A stretch of DNA of 64,000 nucleotides, from NCBI GenBank assembly GCA_963668695.2, contig CAXXLQ010000004.1:192001-256000 (forward strand). Reading direction: 5' to 3'. The position numbers and the translations under genes are program-made. Source of the DNA: Vicinamibacteria bacterium. GTDB lineage: Bacteria > Acidobacteriota > Vicinamibacteria > Marinacidobacterales > Marinacidobacteraceae. Under the pieces are notes generated by a model. It saw nothing but the letters and a program-made list of their open reading frames with translations. It had not been told where the DNA came from and did no database searches. This document shows positions 28,296-38,074 of the stretch, piece by piece (the stretch's first letter is position 1; each line of letters begins with the position of its first letter).

Positions 28296-30252
28296 CACTG
28301 GTGCTGCGGGCAGGCTCGGCGCCGAGCCCGAATTCCAGATCGCCAAGAAGCGTATCCACCCGGACCAGTTGGGCTTCGAGAGAATCACCGATCCGGAAAC
28401 TCCGGCCGGTCGCCGGACACCGGAGCGAATAGTCCTGCCGGTGGAAGCGGAAGCGCCCGCCCGGTAGCAGCTCCATCGGGACGGTACCGCGGGCGGGAAT
28501 GCCCTCGAGTTCGATCGCGAGACCAAAACGGCCGGTCTCGGAAACGCGGGCGGCGAAGGTGTCCCCGAGCCGCCCCGCGAGGAGGCGGGCGATCCGGCGT
28601 TCCACCAGGTCCCTCTCGGCGGCCTCGGCGCTTCGCTCGGCCCCGGAACAGGTGGCCGCCAGCGCCGGCAGCGCCTGGAGGTGCAGATGCCCGGCAAGAT
28701 CCGTCCCGGCGGCCAGCGCCCGGTGGGCGATGAGGTCCGGGTACCGCCGGATGGGTGAAGTGAAATGGGTGTAATCCGGCAGCGCCAGCGCAAAGTGCCC
28801 CTCGCCGCGGGGCGAGTACTCCGCCTTCTTCATGGCCCGGAGAAGCCTCCGGCGGAGGAAGGGCGCTTCCGGGCGGTCTTTGATGCGCGCCAGCAGCCGG
28901 GCGCAGTGCACGGGCCGGAGCGGCTCTGAGGGAACACGCAATCGTTCTCCAAAGCCGGTCAGGAGATCCTCGAAGGCGTCGATCCGGGTTTCGTCGGGAG
29001 ATCCGTGGACGCGGTGGAGAGCTGCCGTTTTGGTGGTTCGGAGGTGCTCGGCTACCGCCTGGTTGGCCAGGAGCATGAAATCCTCTACCAGGCGGTGTGC
29101 GTCGTTTCGCTCGGCGTAGCGGGCGTCCACCAGGTTGCCCGCCGCGTCGGAGGTGACCACCGGTTCGGGCAGGTCGAGATCCATCGCACCGCGCTGGAGG
29201 CGCGCTCTTCCCAACAAAGCGGCGGCGCGGCCCATCGTCCGGACGGCCGTTCCGATCGGACCGGCATCGTCCCCGTCCCCCGCGAGCAGGCGCGCCCCGT
29301 CCTCGTAGGACAGCCGGGCAACGCTTCGGATCAGGCTTCGGGAAAAACGCGCCTCACGAAGCCGCCCCTCCGAGTCGATCCGCAGGTTCGCCGACTGCAC
29401 CAGCCGGTCAACCTCGGGAAACAGCGAGCAGATGCCCGAGGAGAGCGCTTCGGGCAGCATCGGGATGGCGCGCTCGGGGAAGTACACCGAGGTCCCCCGC
29501 CGCGCCGCCTCCTCGTCCACCGGACTGCCGGGCGGAACGTAGTGGCTGACGTCGGCGATGTGGACACCGATCTCGAAGCCGCCGTCGGGAAGCTCGGTCG
29601 CCTCGATCGCGTCGTCGTGGTCGCGCGCGTCTTCCGGATCCATCGTCAGGATCAGGCGGCCGCGGAGGTCCTGGCGCCCGCCGAGTTCGCTTGCGGAGAC
29701 CGCACCCGGAGCGGCCGCCGCCTGGGCGAGGGCCGCTGGGGGAAACTCGTCCCGGATACCGTGCCGCGCGAGCACCGCGAGGAGCTCCGCCCCCGGGTCG
29801 TCGGCGGCGCCGAATACTGCCGTTATTTCTCCGACCACCGGCTTCCCGGGTGCCGGGAAGCGGCGAATCCGGACCTCCACCAGGTCCCCGGGGCGAGCGC
29901 CGCCGGAAGGCACGAGAATCTCGCGCGCCCACTGCCGATCCCACACCGCGACGGTCCGCTCCGCGGTGAACAGCCCGACAACCCGAGCGGTCTTTCGGGT
30001 GAGTACCCGCACGACCGCACCCTCAAGCCGGCCGCGCCGGGTCCGAAAAGAAACCTCGGCCTCGACCAGATCCCCCGGCAGAGCCCCACCAACCCGGCTG
30101 CCGGTGACGTGGATGTCTTCCAGCGATTCACGGCCCTCCGGCACAACCCAGCCGTCGCCCTGAGATCGTCCCTGAAAACGCCCCCGGACCATACGGGACG
30201 GATCGCGCTCGCCCCTCCGGCGCCGCCTCGCGCCGTGACTCGATCTGGCCAC
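28210..30252 (-). CDS. rnr: Ribonuclease R (RNB family)
   Basis: TMDPEDARDHDDA, VHIADVSHYV, RGTSVYFP, HFTSPIRRYPDL and C-terminal S1 domain. Confidence 0.93.
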   Translation of the reverse strand: MARSSHGARRRRRGERDPSRMVRGRFQGRSQGDGWVVPEGRESLEDIHVTGSRVGGALPGDLVEAEVSFRTRRGRLEGAVVRVLTRKTARVVGLFTAERTVAVWDRQWAREILVPSGGARPGDLVEVRIRRFPAPGKPVVGEITAVFGAADDPGAELLAVLARHGIRDEFPPAALAQAAAAPGAVSASELGGRQDLRGRLILTMDPEDARDHDDAIEATELPDGGFEIGVHIADVSHYVPPGSPVDEEAARRGTSVYFPERAIPMLPEALSSGICSLFPEVDRLVQSANLRIDSEGRLREARFSRSLIRSVARLSYEDGARLLAGDGDDAGPIGTAVRTMGRAAALLGRARLQRGAMDLDLPEPVVTSDAAGNLVDARYAERNDAHRLVEDFMLLANQAVAEHLRTTKTAALHRVHGSPDETRIDAFEDLLTGFGERLRVPSEPLRPVHCARLLARIKDRPEAPFLRRRLLRAMKKAEYSPRGEGHFALALPDYTHFTSPIRRYPDLIAHRALAAGTDLAGHLHLQALPALAATCSGAERSAEAAERDLVERRIARLLAGRLGDTFAARVSETGRFGLAIELEGIPARGTVPMELLPGGRFRFHRQDYSLRCPATGRSFRIGDSLEAQLVRVDTLLGDLEFGLGAEPARSTSARPEGGRGRRRRSPREAERSGRRPARRR

Positions 30253-30280
30253 CAGCCTGCTAAACTCGCGCGCTCCGCGG

Positions 30281-30364
30281 GCCGAAGTGGCGGAACGGCA
30301 GACGCGCTGCGTTCAGGGCGCAGTACTCCTTGCGAGTGTCAGGGTTCAAATCCCTGCTTCGGCA
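30281..30364 (+). tRNA. tRNA-Leu(CAG)
   Basis: Acceptor GCCGAAG/CTTCGGC, anticodon arm CTGCG-TTCAGGG-CGCAG, long variable arm, GGTTCAAATCC; full CCA not encoded. Confidence 0.95.
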
Positions 30365-30368
30365 CCGC

Positions 30369-31280
30369 GCGCTGGTCGGCGTAGGGGTGGGGCGCACCGG
30401 CGTGGTCCGGGGCAGAAACACAATCATTGGTCAGGCGGGCGCCCCACCCCTACGCCGAACGGCACTTCGTGCCTCCGAATCGGAACTCGCCGCATCTGTG
30501 CGGGGAAAGTCTGAACCATCAAGCACGATCCCTACGCGGCGAGTTCCGATTCGCGCTGTCTGTCTTGTGAACGGGGGGCAGGCCCCCCTTTCACTCTTTC
30601 CCCCCGATACCGGCGGGCAGCGAACAAAGTTCGCTGCCATTGTTTTCCCGTGGGTCAGCACACCTCCACCCGGACAGAACGAGCCGCCGCTCAGGGAACA
30701 CCAGCGCTGGTCGGCGTAGGGGTGGGGCGCACCGGCGTGGTCCGGGGCAGAAACACAATCATTGGTCAGGCGGGCGCCCCACCCCTACGCCGAACGGCAC
30801 TTCGTGCCTCCGAATCGGAACTCGCCGCATCTGTGCGGGGAAAGTCTGAACCATCAAGCACGATCCCTACGCGGCGAGTTCCGATTCGCGCTGTCTGTCT
30901 TGTGAACGGGGGGCAGGCCCCCCTTTCACTCTTTCCCCCCGATACCGGCGGGCAGCGAACAAAGTTCGCTGCCATTGTTTTCCCGTGGGTCAGCACACCT
31001 CCACCCGAACAGAACGAGCCGCCGCTCAGGGAACACCAGCGCTGGTCGGCGTAGGGGTGGGGCGCACCGGCGTGGTCCGGGGCAGAAACACAATCATTGG
31101 TCAGGCGGGCGCCCCACCCCTACGCCGAACGGCACTTCGTGCCTCCGAATCGGAACTCGCCGCATCGTGCTTGTAAAGTCTGAACCATAAGCACGATCTA
31201 GCCGCAGGCGAGTTCCCTTTCGCGCTGTCCTTCTTGTGAACGGGGGAGTACCCCCGCCCACACCCACCCCCCGTTCACGC
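30369..31280. repeat. Tandem array of 335-bp structured units (two near-identical units plus a diverged partial third)
   Basis: Units start at 30369, 30704 and 31039; each has the inverted pair CGTAGGGGTGGGGCGC/GCGCCCCACCCCTACG and the family-C core. Confidence 0.92.
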
Positions 31281-31283
31281 CGT

Positions 31284-31447
31284 GCGGGAACGCCGGTCTT
31301 CAGACCGGCACCGCTGCCCACAGGGCAGCGAAAGGGAAAGACGCCAAACACCGGCATGGCTCCCGTCTCGGCACGTACCCCCGTGGGAGGAGTGGCCCGC
31401 AGGCACGGGAACGCCGGACCTCCGGTCGGCATCGCGCGGGAGCGCGA
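31284..31447. repeat. Two REP-like GGGAACGCCGG...CGGCA palindromic units
   Basis: GGGAACGCCGGTCTTCAGACCGGCA (~31286) and GGGAACGCCGGACCTCCGGTCGGCA (~31407); related to 19865. Confidence 0.55.
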
Positions 31448-31825
31448 AACCAGCGTCGATGAACGCCTTTCATGACCCGCGGGGTGGCCAGGAGGATCCG
31501 ATCATGGGTTTCTCCCGATGGGGACCGGCGTCGCAGCACGCAGCGCAGCGACAACCGTGACACCCCTCGGACTTTCACAGTGAGAAGAAATCGCCGGGAA
31601 TTCCGTCAATAGATGGTGGCGGGGAGTCTTCCGGTGCTCTCCGCATTGCGACCCGGCCGCTCGTGAACCCGAGGAGGTTCCCCCAAGCAGGACCATCTGG
31701 CAGGCGAAGCCATTGCGGAATCGACCGCGGACCGGCCAGGGCCGGTTGCTCCCGCCCACGACGCGGAGTACTCTCGTTCCCGGCGGACAAAAGGGGAAGT
31801 GCCCGACACCGGACCGGCGACGGAA

Positions 31826-32119
31826 ATGCGGCAGGCCGTTGGCGGAAACGGTCGCGAGCCCACCATCCGCGAGTTGCAGAGCGGCATCCAGGCAAACCGG
31901 CGGCGGATCGTCCGGCTGGAGAAACAGACAAGGAAGGGATTCAAACGGCAGCACCGGGAAACGAGGGAACTGCGCGATCTCCAGAATCAGCTGCTGGGTC
32001 AGATGCGGGCCATGATGTGGATCATGGGGGTGATCGGGGGAGTCACCGTCCTCTCTCTGCTGGGAGGCGTGCTTGTTCCGGCGGTTGCCCGCCTGGTCAC
32101 GCCTCTCGCTGGCGGCTGA
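31826..32119 (+). CDS. Small hypothetical protein: coiled coil plus C-terminal transmembrane helix
   Basis: Charged heptad-like region followed by hydrophobic MMWIMGVIGGVTVLSLLGGVLVP. Confidence 0.6.
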   Translation: MRQAVGGNGREPTIRELQSGIQANRRRIVRLEKQTRKGFKRQHRETRELRDLQNQLLGQMRAMMWIMGVIGGVTVLSLLGGVLVPAVARLVTPLAGG

Positions 32120-32186
32120 CCCTCTCACCACCTCGGATCCGGCACTGGAGCGCCCGAGTCGCACCTCGGGCGCACGGGCCCGACCG

Positions 32187-33788
32187 TCAGTTCTGCGGCT
32201 CTTCCGCCTCCGGGCGGACCGTGGGGTACTCGATGCCCAACTGCTCGAGATAGCTGTCGTAGTTGTCCGGGTCGTAGTAAAGGGGCCGCATCGCTTCCCG
32301 GAACGAGTCCATCCGGTCCTCGTTCAGGTGAATCCCGGGAGGATCGTCGGGGCCGATCAGCGGGGTGTACTGGTGCTCGGCCGTCTGCTCAGCGAAGTAC
32401 TCCTTCGCCGCCGGGACGAGTTCGGGATCGAGCAAGAGATCCATGAGGGTCATGGCAATCACCCGCGCCCCGGCGGACGCTCCCTTGTGAGCAATTGGAG
32501 TCGCCATCGCCACCGCGTTCGCCCAGTGGTGCCCCGGGCCGCCCGGAATGTTCGACGGGAAGCGCAGGGTCACCGTCGGAACGGCCCAGGAAATGTCGCC
32601 GATGTCGTCGGAGCCGCCTCCGAGACGCGGTTCCTGTACGGGGCCGCCCATCTCGCCGAGTTCGGTTGCGAGGCCCTGTTCCTCGACTCCGAGTTCGCGC
32701 TGGAGCCCCTTGGCGAGCGCCTGATCGGCCTCGCTCCACTCCGGAAGCCCCACCCGCTCGACGTTCGCCCAGGCCGCTTCGGCGACCGGCTTGTTGAAGT
32801 GGCGCGGGTACGCGTGCCCCAGAATGCGCCAGGACACGTCGGTCGACGTCATCGCGGCGGCGGACTGCGCCATCGTGTTACCGAGATCGAAGAGCTCCTT
32901 CATCCCGGGCTGTTCGAGTTCGCGGAAGTAGTACCAGACCGACGCGAGCTGGGGCACCACGTTCGGCTGGTCGCCCCCGTTCGTGATCACGTAGTGCGAA
33001 CGATGCGGCAGGCGTAGATGCTCGCGCTTGACGTTCCACGCCATGTTCATGATCTCCACCGCGTCGAGCGCGCTTCGGCCCCGCCACGGCGCTCCCGCGG
33101 AGTGCGCCGATTCGCCCCGGAAGGTGTATTCGACCGACACCAGGCCATTGCCCCTGCCCTGTCCCCAGCTCACCCCGAACCGGTTGGAGACATGGGTGAA
33201 GATGCAGATGTCCACATCCTCGAAATAGCCGTCCCGGATGAACCAGGCCTTGGTGCCCACGAGTTCTTCTGCCACTCCGGGCCAGATGACGATCGTCCCG
33301 GAAATGCCTTCCCGCTCCATGACTTCCTTGGCGGCAAGCGCTCCCACGACGATCACGGCCTGCCCCGAGTTGTGCCCCTCGCCGTGGCCCGGGGCGCCGT
33401 CCACCAGGGGATCGTGATACGCCACCCCGGGCTTTTGGGACGCCTTCGGAATCCCGTCGATGTCGCTGCCGAGCGCGATCACCGGTGAGCCGGACCCCCA
33501 CCGCGCCATCCAGGCGGTGGGGATGCCGGCGATCCCCTCCTCCACCTCGAACCCGTTCTCCCGCAGGATGTCCGTGATGTAACGGGAGGTCTCGAACTCC
33601 TGGAAGCCCAGTTCGCCGAAGCTGAAGATGGAATCCACCATCACCTGGACCAGCTTGGCCCGCTCGGCGGCGCCCTGATCGGCGACCGGACGCAGGGTTT
33701 CGAGATCCTGGGCCGCGAGCGGCGCGGCGAGCAGGAGAGCGAGAAGGGCGGCCGGCAGGGACCGCAAGAGCTGTGACAGTGCGCGCAT
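32187..33788 (-). CDS. Secreted M20 amidohydrolase (AbgB-like), paralog 1
   Basis: Signal peptide; ELGFQEFETS, GHGEGHNSG, GVAEE, RSALDAVE, GGDQPNVVP, GGGSDDIGDISW. Confidence 0.9.
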   Translation of the reverse strand: MRALSQLLRSLPAALLALLLAAPLAAQDLETLRPVADQGAAERAKLVQVMVDSIFSFGELGFQEFETSRYITDILRENGFEVEEGIAGIPTAWMARWGSGSPVIALGSDIDGIPKASQKPGVAYHDPLVDGAPGHGEGHNSGQAVIVVGALAAKEVMEREGISGTIVIWPGVAEELVGTKAWFIRDGYFEDVDICIFTHVSNRFGVSWGQGRGNGLVSVEYTFRGESAHSAGAPWRGRSALDAVEIMNMAWNVKREHLRLPHRSHYVITNGGDQPNVVPQLASVWYYFRELEQPGMKELFDLGNTMAQSAAAMTSTDVSWRILGHAYPRHFNKPVAEAAWANVERVGLPEWSEADQALAKGLQRELGVEEQGLATELGEMGGPVQEPRLGGGSDDIGDISWAVPTVTLRFPSNIPGGPGHHWANAVAMATPIAHKGASAGARVIAMTLMDLLLDPELVPAAKEYFAEQTAEHQYTPLIGPDDPPGIHLNEDRMDSFREAMRPLYYDPDNYDSYLEQLGIEYPTVRPEAEEPQN

Positions 33789-33918
33789 CGGGAGCAACCT
33801 CATTCTTCGCCGGCGCTCCCCATCCCGAGGAGCGCCGGGCGCACGATTCTAGTGGCCCGCGGGTGGTCTCCTGACCGCCGTTTTAGGGCCGCCTTAGGGC
33901 CGCCAAGCGCGACTTCCG

Positions 33919-35511
33919 TCAGTTCTCCGGGTTTTCCCGAACCGTCGGGTACTCGATACCGAGCTGTTCCAGGTAGCTGTCGTAGCGATCCGGGTCGTAG
34001 TAGAACGGCCGCATCGCCTCCCGGAAAGAGTTCATCCGATCCTTGTTCAGGTGAATCGCCGGAGGATCGTCCGGGCCGATCAGCGGGGTGTACTGGTGTT
34101 CCGCAGTCTGCTCGGCAAAGTACTCCTTGGCTGCCGTCACCAGCGACGGATCGAGGAGCAGGTCCATCAGCGTCATCGCGATGACCCGGGCGCCGGCGAG
34201 CACTCCCTTGTGCGCGATCGGGGTCGCCATCGCCACGGCGTTCGCCCAGTGGTGACCCGGGCCGCCCGGGATGTTCGACGGGTAGCCCAGGGTCACGGTC
34301 GGGACATTCCAGGAGATGTCGCCGATGTCGTCGGAGCCGCCGCCGAGCCGTGGCTCACGCGCCGGACCGCGTATCTCGCCGAGTTCGGTCGCGAGGCCCC
34401 GCTCCTCGACTCCCAACTCGCGTTGGAGGCCGTTGGCGAGCGCCTGGTCCGCGTCGCTCCACTCGGGAAGCCCCACTCGCTCGATGTTCGCCCACACCGC
34501 CTCGGCCACCGGTTTGTTGAAGTGGCGCGGATAGGCATGGCCCAGGATGCTCCATGAGGCCTCGGTGGAGGTCATCGCCGCCGCGGCATTGGCCATCGTG
34601 TTTCCGAGATCGAAGAGTTCCTTGATGTGGGGCTGGTCGAGTTCGCGGAAGAAGTACCAGACCGACGCGAGCTGCGGCACCACGTTCGGCTGGTCGCCAC
34701 CGTTCGTGATCACGTAGTGCGAGCGGTGCGGAAGGCGCAGGTGCTCGCGCTTGATGTTCCAGGCGGCGTTCATGATTTCGACGGCGTCAAGCGCGCTCCG
34801 GCCCCGCCAGGGCGCCCCCGCCGAGTGCGCCGACTCGCCCACGAACGTGTATTCCACCGACACCAGGCCGCTGCCGCCGCCCTGTCCCCAACTCACCCCG
34901 AACCGGGAGGAGACGTGGGTGAAGATGTTGATGTCCACGTCGTTGAAATAGCCGTCCCGGATGAACCAGGCCTTCGTGGCCAGCAGCTCCTCAGCCACCC
35001 CCGGCCAGATCACCAGAGTTCCGGGGATGCCCTCGCGTTCCATGATCTCCTTGGCCGCGAGCGCTCCCACGACGATCACGGCCTGCCCCGAGTTGTGGCC
35101 TTCGCCATGGCCCGGGGCGCCCTCGACCAGGGGATCGTGATACGCCACCCCGGGCTTCTGGGACGCCTTCGGAATGCCGTCGATGTCGCTGCCGAGCGCG
35201 ATGACGGGCGAACCCGACCCCCAGCGCGCCATCCAGGCGGAGGGGATGCCGGCGATCCCCTCCTCGATCTCGAACCCGTTCTCCCGCAGGATGTCGGTGA
35301 TGTAGCGCGAGGTCTCGAATTCCTGAAAGCCGAGTTCCCCGAAGCTGAAGATGGAGTCCACCATCACCTGGACCAGCTTGGCCCGCTCAGCAGCGCCCTG
35401 GTCGGCGACCGGCCGCAGGGTTTCAAGATCCTGCGCCGCGAGGGGCGCGGCGAGCAACACGGCGAGAAGGACGACCGGCAGGGACCGCAAGAGCTTGGTC
35501 AGGGTGCGCAT
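33919..35511 (-). CDS. Secreted M20 amidohydrolase (AbgB-like), paralog 2
   Basis: Same motifs; colinear with and highly similar to paralog 1; start MRTLTKLLRS at 35511. Confidence 0.9.
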   Translation of the reverse strand: MRTLTKLLRSLPVVLLAVLLAAPLAAQDLETLRPVADQGAAERAKLVQVMVDSIFSFGELGFQEFETSRYITDILRENGFEIEEGIAGIPSAWMARWGSGSPVIALGSDIDGIPKASQKPGVAYHDPLVEGAPGHGEGHNSGQAVIVVGALAAKEIMEREGIPGTLVIWPGVAEELLATKAWFIRDGYFNDVDINIFTHVSSRFGVSWGQGGGSGLVSVEYTFVGESAHSAGAPWRGRSALDAVEIMNAAWNIKREHLRLPHRSHYVITNGGDQPNVVPQLASVWYFFRELDQPHIKELFDLGNTMANAAAAMTSTEASWSILGHAYPRHFNKPVAEAVWANIERVGLPEWSDADQALANGLQRELGVEERGLATELGEIRGPAREPRLGGGSDDIGDISWNVPTVTLGYPSNIPGGPGHHWANAVAMATPIAHKGVLAGARVIAMTLMDLLLDPSLVTAAKEYFAEQTAEHQYTPLIGPDDPPAIHLNKDRMNSFREAMRPFYYDPDRYDSYLEQLGIEYPTVRENPEN

Positions 35512-35699
35512 GGAGGAACCTCTTTCGCGGCGGCGCGGCCCATCTCCGGCGCGCCGGGTGCGCGATTCTACCGGTGGGGGAGACGAATTCCGGTGATGAG
35601 GCACGCATTCACCCAGCGTTTCGCCCACCTCGGGTGGATGATGCGGCCGGAGGCTGGCCGGCTGCTAAGCTGCCGCCGCCAGGTGGCTACGGCGCCGCT

Positions 35700-35784
35700 G
35701 CGAAAGTGGCGGAACTGGCAGACGCGCTGGATTTAGGATCCAGTGGGGTAACCCGTGGGGGTTCGAGTCCCCCCTTTCGCACCA
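35700..35784 (+). tRNA. tRNA-Leu(TAG)
   Basis: Acceptor GCGAAAG/CTTTCGC followed by ACCA, anticodon arm CTGGA-TTTAGGA-TCCAG, GGTTCGAGTCC; usual position before tig. Confidence 0.96.
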
Positions 35785-35823
35785 GCGCGCCCCTCCCCAC
35801 CACCGAGTCTGAGTAGCGAGTTC

Positions 35824-37227
35824 GTGGACAACAGCACCCCTTTGGAACCCGAGAACGAACCCGCGGACCCGGGCGCTGCCGGCGCGTCCCCCCGCCCGCC
35901 CTTCCCGAAGAAGGACCGCATTCCGGACCTCGCCTTCCGGCTGACCGAAGAAGGCCAATCCCGCCGCGCGATCGAAGTGACAATTCCGGCTTCGGTCTTC
36001 GAGGAAGCGGTCCAGCAGGAACTGCGGCGTATTCGGCAGCGGGCTCATCTACGAGGCTTCCGCAAGGGGAAGGCGCCCAAGGAGCGAATCGAACTCCTGT
36101 ACGGGAGCGAGGCCACCGAAGAGGCCATGAGCCGCCTGCTCGCCCGGGCCACGCAGCAGAGTCTGCACGAGCTCGATGTCCATCCGCTGGATGTTCCGAA
36201 GGCAACCCCCGAGGAAGCGACGCGCGGCAAACCGCTTACCGCGCGGCTCCGCTTCAGCGTCTGGCCGGACATCGGAACGGTCGATTTCGAGGGAATCAAG
36301 GTCACCACCCGGGAACACTCGGTGACGGAATCCGACATCGGCGAGACTCTGGAACATCTGCGGATGGAGCGGGCGCAGCCGGGGCCGATCGAGGGGCGGG
36401 GCCTCCAGGACGGCGATTCCGTGATGGGTGATCTCCAGGAATCCGACCTTGTCGAGACGGATCGGCGGGCTACTCCACGCGTCACGAAGGATCTGCCCTT
36501 GCGGGTGGGGAGCGAGACCTATCACCCCGCACTCCACGAGGCCCTCCAGGGCGCCTCTGAAGGAGACACGGTGGTGGCAACGACCAGCTTCGGAAACGAG
36601 TCCCCCGATCCCGAACGGGCCGGGCGAACGATCCGGGCCGCCTTCACGGTCAAACAGGCACGGACTCCGGTGCTCCCCGCTCTCGACGATTCCTTCGCGC
36701 GGGAAGTCGGGGCGGCGTCGCTGCTGGCCCTTCGCGGCGACATCCGGGACCGGCTGCGGAAGCGGGCAGACCAGAGCGCACGGCGGGACGTCGCGGAGCA
36801 ACTCGTCGGAGCACTGCGCGAAAAGAACCCGGTGGAACCTCCGGAGCCGCTCGTCGAGAGGGATCTGGACAACCGCGTGAAACTGCTCGCAAACAGCATG
36901 ATCCAGGGTGGGATGCCCACCGAACAAGTGCGTTCCGAACTCGAAAAGCACCTCGACACGTTGCGCTCCGAGTGCGAAAAGACGGTCGCTTCAACGATCC
37001 TGGTGGACTCCTTGGCTAATCAACAAGGGATCGAGACGACGGAGGAGGCTCTCGAGGAGCGACTCGCAGAGGAAGCCTCAGCCTCCGGCAAGACCCCGGC
37101 TGCGCTTCGGGCCGCCATGGAAAAGGACGGCCAGCTGGAACGGATTCGCACCCAACTCCGCCGGGACGCCGCAATCGATTTCCTGCGAGAACACGCAGAG
37201 CTGACCCCGTCCCAGGAACAGGAATAG
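35824..37227 (+). CDS. tig: Trigger factor
   Basis: [10 protein letters not shown] ribosome-binding motif, [13 protein letters not shown]; tRNA-Leu-tig-clpP synteny; start approximate. Confidence 0.9.
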   Translation: MDNSTPLEPENEPADPGAAGASPRPPFPKKDRIPDLAFRLTEEGQSRRAIEVTIPASVFEEAVQQELRRIRQRAHLRGFRKGKAPKERIELLYGSEATEEAMSRLLARATQQSLHELDVHPLDVPKATPEEATRGKPLTARLRFSVWPDIGTVDFEGIKVTTREHSVTESDIGETLEHLRMERAQPGPIEGRGLQDGDSVMGDLQESDLVETDRRATPRVTKDLPLRVGSETYHPALHEALQGASEGDTVVATTSFGNESPDPERAGRTIRAAFTVKQARTPVLPALDDSFAREVGAASLLALRGDIRDRLRKRADQSARRDVAEQLVGALREKNPVEPPEPLVERDLDNRVKLLANSMIQGGMPTEQVRSELEKHLDTLRSECEKTVASTILVDSLANQQGIETTEEALEERLAEEASASGKTPAALRAAMEKDGQLERIRTQLRRDAAIDFLREHAELTPSQEQE

Positions 37228-37318
37228 GGGAGGATCAAGGGCGACGATTCCTGACCAAGCGAAGTCGTATGCTGACCGAAGCCTCCAGAACCCAGAATTA
37301 CCACGAGGGACGAACACC

Positions 37319-37912
37319 GTGATTCGAGACCAGATTCTCATTCCGCACGTAATCGAGCAGACCGGGCGTGGGGAACGCGCCTACGACATCTATTCCCGAC
37401 TGCTCAAGGACAACATCGTCTTTATCGGGCAAGAGATCAGCGATGGGCTCGCGAACACCGTGGTCGCCCAACTCCTGTTCCTGGAATCCGAAGACCCGGA
37501 AAAAGAAGTCTCGCTCTATATCAACTGCCCGGGTGGCTCCGTGAGCGCCGGCCTCGCGATCTACGACACACTGCAGTTCATTCGACCGGACGTGACCACC
37601 TATTGCCTGGGTCAGGCGTCCAGCATGGGAGCGATCCTGCTCGCCGCCGGGGCCCACGGAAAGCGATTCGCACTCCCGAACGCCACCGTCATGATCCACC
37701 AGCCACTCGGCGGCGCCCGGGGTCAAGCGACCGACATCCAGATCCAGGCCAACGAGATCATGCGGGTCCGCGCGCGCCTCACCGAAATCCTCGCCCACCA
37801 CACCGGCCGTTCGTCGGAAGAGATCGCGCGCGACATCGAACGGGACCGCTACATGACCGCGGAGGAAGCGAAGGCCTACGGGATCGTGGACTCCGTCATC
37901 GAGCACCGCTAG
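37319..37912 (+). CDS. clpP: ATP-dependent Clp protease proteolytic subunit
   Basis: [42 protein letters not shown]. Confidence 0.97.
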   Translation: MIRDQILIPHVIEQTGRGERAYDIYSRLLKDNIVFIGQEISDGLANTVVAQLLFLESEDPEKEVSLYINCPGGSVSAGLAIYDTLQFIRPDVTTYCLGQASSMGAILLAAGAHGKRFALPNATVMIHQPLGGARGQATDIQIQANEIMRVRARLTEILAHHTGRSSEEIARDIERDRYMTAEEAKAYGIVDSVIEHR

Positions 37913-38074
37913 CAGCGGCGGACTCGCTCGCCGGATGAATTCGGCACGGTCGCGGCTCGGCGGGAAGACCCGCCGGGTGGGGCCGCGGCCGCTTGCATCC
38001 TGACCCCAAAACGGGCACACTGGCTCGTCACACCGGCGCTGCTTCTGCGCCCGGATTCCGTCTGCGAATCGCCC

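Noticed and set aside
30281-32186. Prophage or integrative element at tRNA-Leu(CAG)
   Set aside because: No integrase, no long att duplication and no phage genes; only repeats and one small ORF.
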